Shown: piece by piece, positions 60,900 through 64,000 of the stretch
How positions within the stretch are numbered: position 1 is the first letter of the stretch
Layout of the letters: the number at the start of each line of letters is the position of its first letter
NCBI GenBank assembly: GCA_044226015.1
Contig: JBGAHS010000003.1
Location: 704,001-768,000 of the forward strand
Length of the DNA: 64,000 nucleotides
DNA from: Candidatus Obscuribacteraceae bacterium
GTDB lineage: Bacteria; Cyanobacteriota; Vampirovibrionia; Obscuribacterales; Obscuribacteraceae
Direction: 5' to 3'
The notes under the pieces: model-generated
Database searches by the model: none
The model's input: the letters and a program-made list of their open reading frames with translations, nothing else
Told to the model about the DNA's origin: nothing
Made by a program: the position numbers and the translations under genes

Positions 60900-61073
60900 T
60901 TAGTGCTCGGAGCGCTTACCGGCGACGTTCATCAGAACGATGATGCCAAGGACGAGCCCTGCCGTCAGCACATTGCCGACGAACTGCTTGCCGCTCTTCA
61001 ACGCGCGGATGACGCGAGAACGCGGCGCGGTGGGCTCTTCGATGAGCGTGGGGTTCAGAATGATGTCGTGCAT
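60900..61073 (-). CDS. Small single-TM protein (57 aa)
   Basis: MHDIILNPTLIEEPTAPRSRVIRALKSGKQFVGNVLTAGLVLGIIVLMNVAGKRSEH; RBS GGAGA. Confidence 0.7.
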   Translation of the reverse strand: MHDIILNPTLIEEPTAPRSRVIRALKSGKQFVGNVLTAGLVLGIIVLMNVAGKRSEH

Positions 61074-61119
61074 AGGTTCATTTCTCCGTGTGGTGGTGAA
61101 GCGTTATCGTTCTTCGCGA

Positions 61120-61194
61120 TTAGCTGCGGATGTTGCGAGCACCGATCAGCATGATGGCGAAGATGATGAGGACGATGAAAGCGAGAGCTTCCAT
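61120..61194 (-). CDS. Membrane microprotein (24 aa)
   Basis: MEALAFIVLIIFAIMLIGARNIRS; RBS AAGGAG; C-ending codons. Confidence 0.7.
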   Translation of the reverse strand: MEALAFIVLIIFAIMLIGARNIRS

Positions 61195-61230
61195 TTAGTT
61201 TCTCCTTGTTTGTTCGATAGACGAAATCCG

Positions 61231-61296
61231 CTATCTGCCGACCAATTGAATCAGCAGCAGAAAGAGGATCATGAGGAATACCAAAACTGCAGGCAT
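61231..61296 (-). CDS. Membrane microprotein (21 aa)
   Basis: MPAVLVFLMILFLLLIQLVGR; RBS AGGA. Confidence 0.55.
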   Translation of the reverse strand: MPAVLVFLMILFLLLIQLVGR

Positions 61297-61332
61297 TGGA
61301 TGTTTCCTGTACGACTTTCCTACGACTCGGTC

Positions 61333-61428
61333 TCAGCCTTTCTTGCGACGCTTGATCTCGCCGATGACGGCGACAACTCCGGCGCCGATGAAGAAGGCAA
61401 TGAGGACCGCTCCGATAACGTGTTCCAT
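61333..61428 (-). CDS. Membrane microprotein (31 aa)
   Basis: MEHVIGAVLIAFFIGAGVVAVIGEIKRRKKG; RBS GGAAAGG. Confidence 0.7.
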   Translation of the reverse strand: MEHVIGAVLIAFFIGAGVVAVIGEIKRRKKG

Positions 61429-61469
61429 GCTAGTGACCTTTCCTTGTTTCTTGCTTGTTCAGTTGAATT

Positions 61470-61727
61470 TCAGTCCTTCCGGCAGATGCTACGCAGAACG
61501 TAGATCAGTGACTGCAGCGGAATCGAGAGCAGAAGCAGCCCGATGGCCACAATCCAGAAGCTGAAGAGCGAGTAGAAGGCAGCCAACACGGCGGTTCCGA
61601 AGAGCCCACCGAGGCTGTCAATTCCCGACCACATGCAGGACATCCAGAGGATGAACGTGATCAGGAACGAGAGAGGACCGAGAATGCTCTGGTGCCACTC
61701 TTTCTTCTCAGAAGAGTTCTGGTTCAT
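61470..61727 (-). CDS. Small membrane protein (85 aa)
   Basis: Hydrophobic; resembles the N-terminal half of 58425-59063. Confidence 0.7.
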   Translation of the reverse strand: MNQNSSEKKEWHQSILGPLSFLITFILWMSCMWSGIDSLGGLFGTAVLAAFYSLFSFWIVAIGLLLLSIPLQSLIYVLRSICRKD

Positions 61728-61748
61728 TCAAGTTTCTTTGCGCTGAAA

Positions 61749-61826
61749 TCAGTTGATGTCGATTACTCGGGTTTTTGCACTGAGCTGGCGTGAGCCGAAG
61801 AGCAGATGCATGAGCTTGAGGAGCAT
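61749..61826 (-). CDS. Microprotein (25 aa)
   Basis: MLLKLMHLLFGSRQLSAKTRVIDIN; RBS AAGGA overlapping the upstream stop. Confidence 0.5.
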   Translation of the reverse strand: MLLKLMHLLFGSRQLSAKTRVIDIN

Positions 61827-61835
61827 GGCGATTCC

Positions 61836-62042
61836 TTACTTGCGCTTGCGGTTCTTCGTGCTGTACCTCTCCACGCCCATCATGTCGAGCATGCCCCAGA
61901 GGCTGACGAGCGCGGTGCCCATGAAGACAGCGCTGGTAGCACCCCAGAGTAGAACCTTCTGGGCGGGGTCCAGGTTGCCGAAAGCGTTGGTGAGCGCGGC
62001 GACGACAGCCAGGACGAAAAGAATGATCATGTTGATCTTCAT
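61836..62042 (-). CDS. Small two-TM protein (68 aa)
   Basis: Two hydrophobic helices and basic tail; RBS AAGGGA. Confidence 0.75.
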   Translation of the reverse strand: MKINMIILFVLAVVAALTNAFGNLDPAQKVLLWGATSAVFMGTALVSLWGMLDMMGVERYSTKNRKRK

Positions 62043-62138
62043 CTGTTACTTCCCTTTAGCAGGAGCCAGTGTGCTAGGCGAACTTACTTGAATCTGCCAG
62101 GAAGCGTGATCACGAGGACCACGCTTCCTGCAGCCGCT

Positions 62139-62489
62139 TCAGGTGCTGGACCTCGCGATCGCAGCAGCCTCTCGGGCGTAGCGGATGCCCTCCTGGCGCT
62201 TAGCCTTGATCATCCCAGCCGACACGACGAGACGGGTGCTGGCGCCGCTGAAATGCAAGCAATAGCGAGCAGTTTCGAGCAGGCGACGGCAGTCATCGTT
62301 GTGCGGCGCGTTGCGTCCGACGATCTCCTCGGCATCGCGAATCTCATTGCTGAGTTGCTCGCTGAGCTGGTGGATCTCTTCGGGAGTCGTGGTGTCCTTC
62401 TTCTGGGTCAACAGAAGATAGAGGAAACCAGCGATGACAACGCCGGCGATGAGGGCGGGCTGAATGAACTCAGGATGCGAAAGCAGCAT
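62139..62489 (-). CDS. Single-TM hypothetical protein (116 aa)
   Basis: N-terminal TM, helical C-terminal domain; RBS AAGGA. Confidence 0.75.
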   Translation of the reverse strand: MLLSHPEFIQPALIAGVVIAGFLYLLLTQKKDTTTPEEIHQLSEQLSNEIRDAEEIVGRNAPHNDDCRRLLETARYCLHFSGASTRLVVSAGMIKAKRQEGIRYAREAAAIARSST

Positions 62490-63090
62490 GACGCTGTTCC
62501 TTCATTTGTAGCTCGAAGCCTTCGGCCGTATTACCGATAGGCATCACATGCGAATGCTCTGGTAATTGAATTGACTTGGTATTAGCGACTTGAGGTTGTG
62601 CTTGATGTCTCGGTAGATGAGATTCGGATGTGATATCTCCAGTAAAATTAAAATGGCTTAGTAGAGTCAATGCCACCACATTTGGAGCTGAAAACAGCCC
62701 AATCTTGTGCTGTCTAGATGCCGGGGATACTGGGCCAGCTTATATTCTGCACAGAATCAACTCGTGCAGCTTGCGCAGTGCCAATTCTGGAACAATCAAA
62801 ACTAGTATTCGTTCGCGAAAAAAGACTTCGCTGGAACATGCACAGGTAGAGGCTTTTGCAATGGTTCTTTCAGCCAGCGTAGCGATCAACACCAAACCAA
62901 TCCTCCTCCCCACATGCAAAATTAGCACCGGAAGCAGGAACAGAGTGCTGAGCAAGAAAGCGAATTGAAAGCATCAAAAAGGACGTTTTAAAATGCAAAA
63001 AGCAAACGAGATCTGAGACTGAAAAAAAATCGGATCCAAAAAACCACTACAACGCACACAGGCAAAAGGTCCAAAAAGTTCAAAAAGACT

Positions 63091-63139
63091 AAAAAGCCAA
63101 GTGGCTCAGGTGCTTTTAAGGCAACCCGAACCACCCGGC
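63091..63139 (-). terminator. Terminator of pepF
   Basis: Minus strand GCCGGGTGGTTCGGGT/ACCTGAGCCACTTGGC plus TTTTT. Confidence 0.7.
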
Positions 63140-63162
63140 AATTTAGCAGAACTACAGCCTGA

Positions 63163-64000
63163 TTACTTAGCCGGCTGCGCAGCCAAGTTCTCGAACTCCG
63201 CAATGTAGTTCTCGAAGACGTTCAGCGCCTGCTGAATTGGAGCCGGCGTGGAGAGATCCACACCTGCACCTTTGAGCAGGTCGAGACTGTACTGCGAAGA
63301 GCCACCCGAAAGGAAACGCAGATAGCGTTCCATGGCGGGCTTGCCTTCAGCGATGATTTGCTGAGACAAAGCCACTGCCGCCGAGATGCCCGTCGCATAC
63401 TGGTAGACGTAGAACGAGCTGTAGAAGTGGGGAATTCTCGCCCACTCAATCTCAACCAGGTCATCAACCTTCGCAACGGCACCGTAGTAGCGCTCGTTGA
63501 GGTCCTTGTACAGACCGCAGAGCAGCTCAGGAGTGAGAGCTTCGCCAGCTTCAGCGCGAGCGTGAGCTTCCTTCTCAAACTCGGCGAAAAGCGTCTGACG
63601 GAAGAGAGTTGCCCTGAAACCGTCGAGCGCATGATTGATGATGTACATCTTCAAGTTGCGGTCTTCGGTGTTCTTGAGCAGATAATCAGTCAGCAGCATC
63701 TCGTTGCAGATGGAAGCGACTTCTGCCACGAACAACGTGTAGTTGCCATAGCAGTAAGGCTGATTCTGCCGAGTCAGGAACGAGTGCATCGAGTGTCCGG
63801 CTTCGTGAATCAGCGTGAACATGGAATCCATGCTGTCCTGCCAGTTCAAAAGCATGAACGGATGTGTCGAGTACGAGCCCCAGCTGTACGCACCAGAACG
63901 CTTGTTGGCGTTTTCGTGCACGTCAACCCAGCGCTGATCGAAACCGCGCATCAGAGTGTCGACGTATTCCTTGCCCAGGGGAGCCAGCGCTTCGAGGCAC
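63163..64000 (-). CDS. pepF: Oligoendopeptidase F (M3B), partial, 5' end outside the window
   Basis: KRSGAYS, TLIHEAGHSMHS, FVAEVAS, WARIPHFY..FYVYQYATG. Confidence 0.93.
   Translation of the reverse strand, partial: CLEALAPLGKEYVDTLMRGFDQRWVDVHENANKRSGAYSWGSYSTHPFMLLNWQDSMDSMFTLIHEAGHSMHSFLTRQNQPYCYGNYTLFVAEVASICNEMLLTDYLLKNTEDRNLKMYIINHALDGFRATLFRQTLFAEFEKEAHARAEAGEALTPELLCGLYKDLNERYYGAVAKVDDLVEIEWARIPHFYSSFYVYQYATGISAAVALSQQIIAEGKPAMERYLRFLSGGSSQYSLDLLKGAGVDLSTPAPIQQALNVFENYIAEFENLAAQPAK

Noticed and set aside
60594..62489. Integron cassette array
   Set aside because: No attC-like RYYYAAC...GTTRRRY palindromes between the genes and no integrase in the window.
1..64000. CRISPR array, tRNA, rRNA or IS element
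   Set aside because: No regularly spaced repeats, cloverleaf or rRNA signatures, or transposase motifs seen by eye.

Overview
Bacterial chromosomal window with no rRNA, tRNA, CRISPR array or transposase/integrase that I can see. The cyanobacteria-like gatB and HU, the kinase type and the DUF4388 fusion suggest a Melainabacteria/Obscuribacterales-type genome (inference only). The window is a mosaic. AT-richer housekeeping and signalling genes (MocR regulator, spermidine-synthase-like protein, HU, PQQ propeller, Ser/Thr kinases, M23, gatB, mlaEFD, MFS) alternate with about 11 GC-rich, C/G-ending-codon units, most of which have a structured leader and a strong terminator. Two of these units are diverged copies of one operon: vWA - TPR-like - vWA - MoxR - DUF58 - BatD-like - S41 protease(s). 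Copy 2 adds two paralogous repeat proteins, a CX4C thioredoxin-like protein and an FtsH-type protease. A member of the same small unknown protein family follows each copy, and a third member lies at 60.6 kb. Other notable items are an oriented 16-bp motif (CTTTTYGNNTTTTAAA) after the 3' ends of six GC-rich units, an unannotated array of 21-57 aa microproteins (most with one hydrophobic helix) at 60.9-61.8 kb, a catalytically dead M41-like domain, a small alarmone-hydrolase-like HD protein, a divergent serpin-like protein and a pseudokinase.
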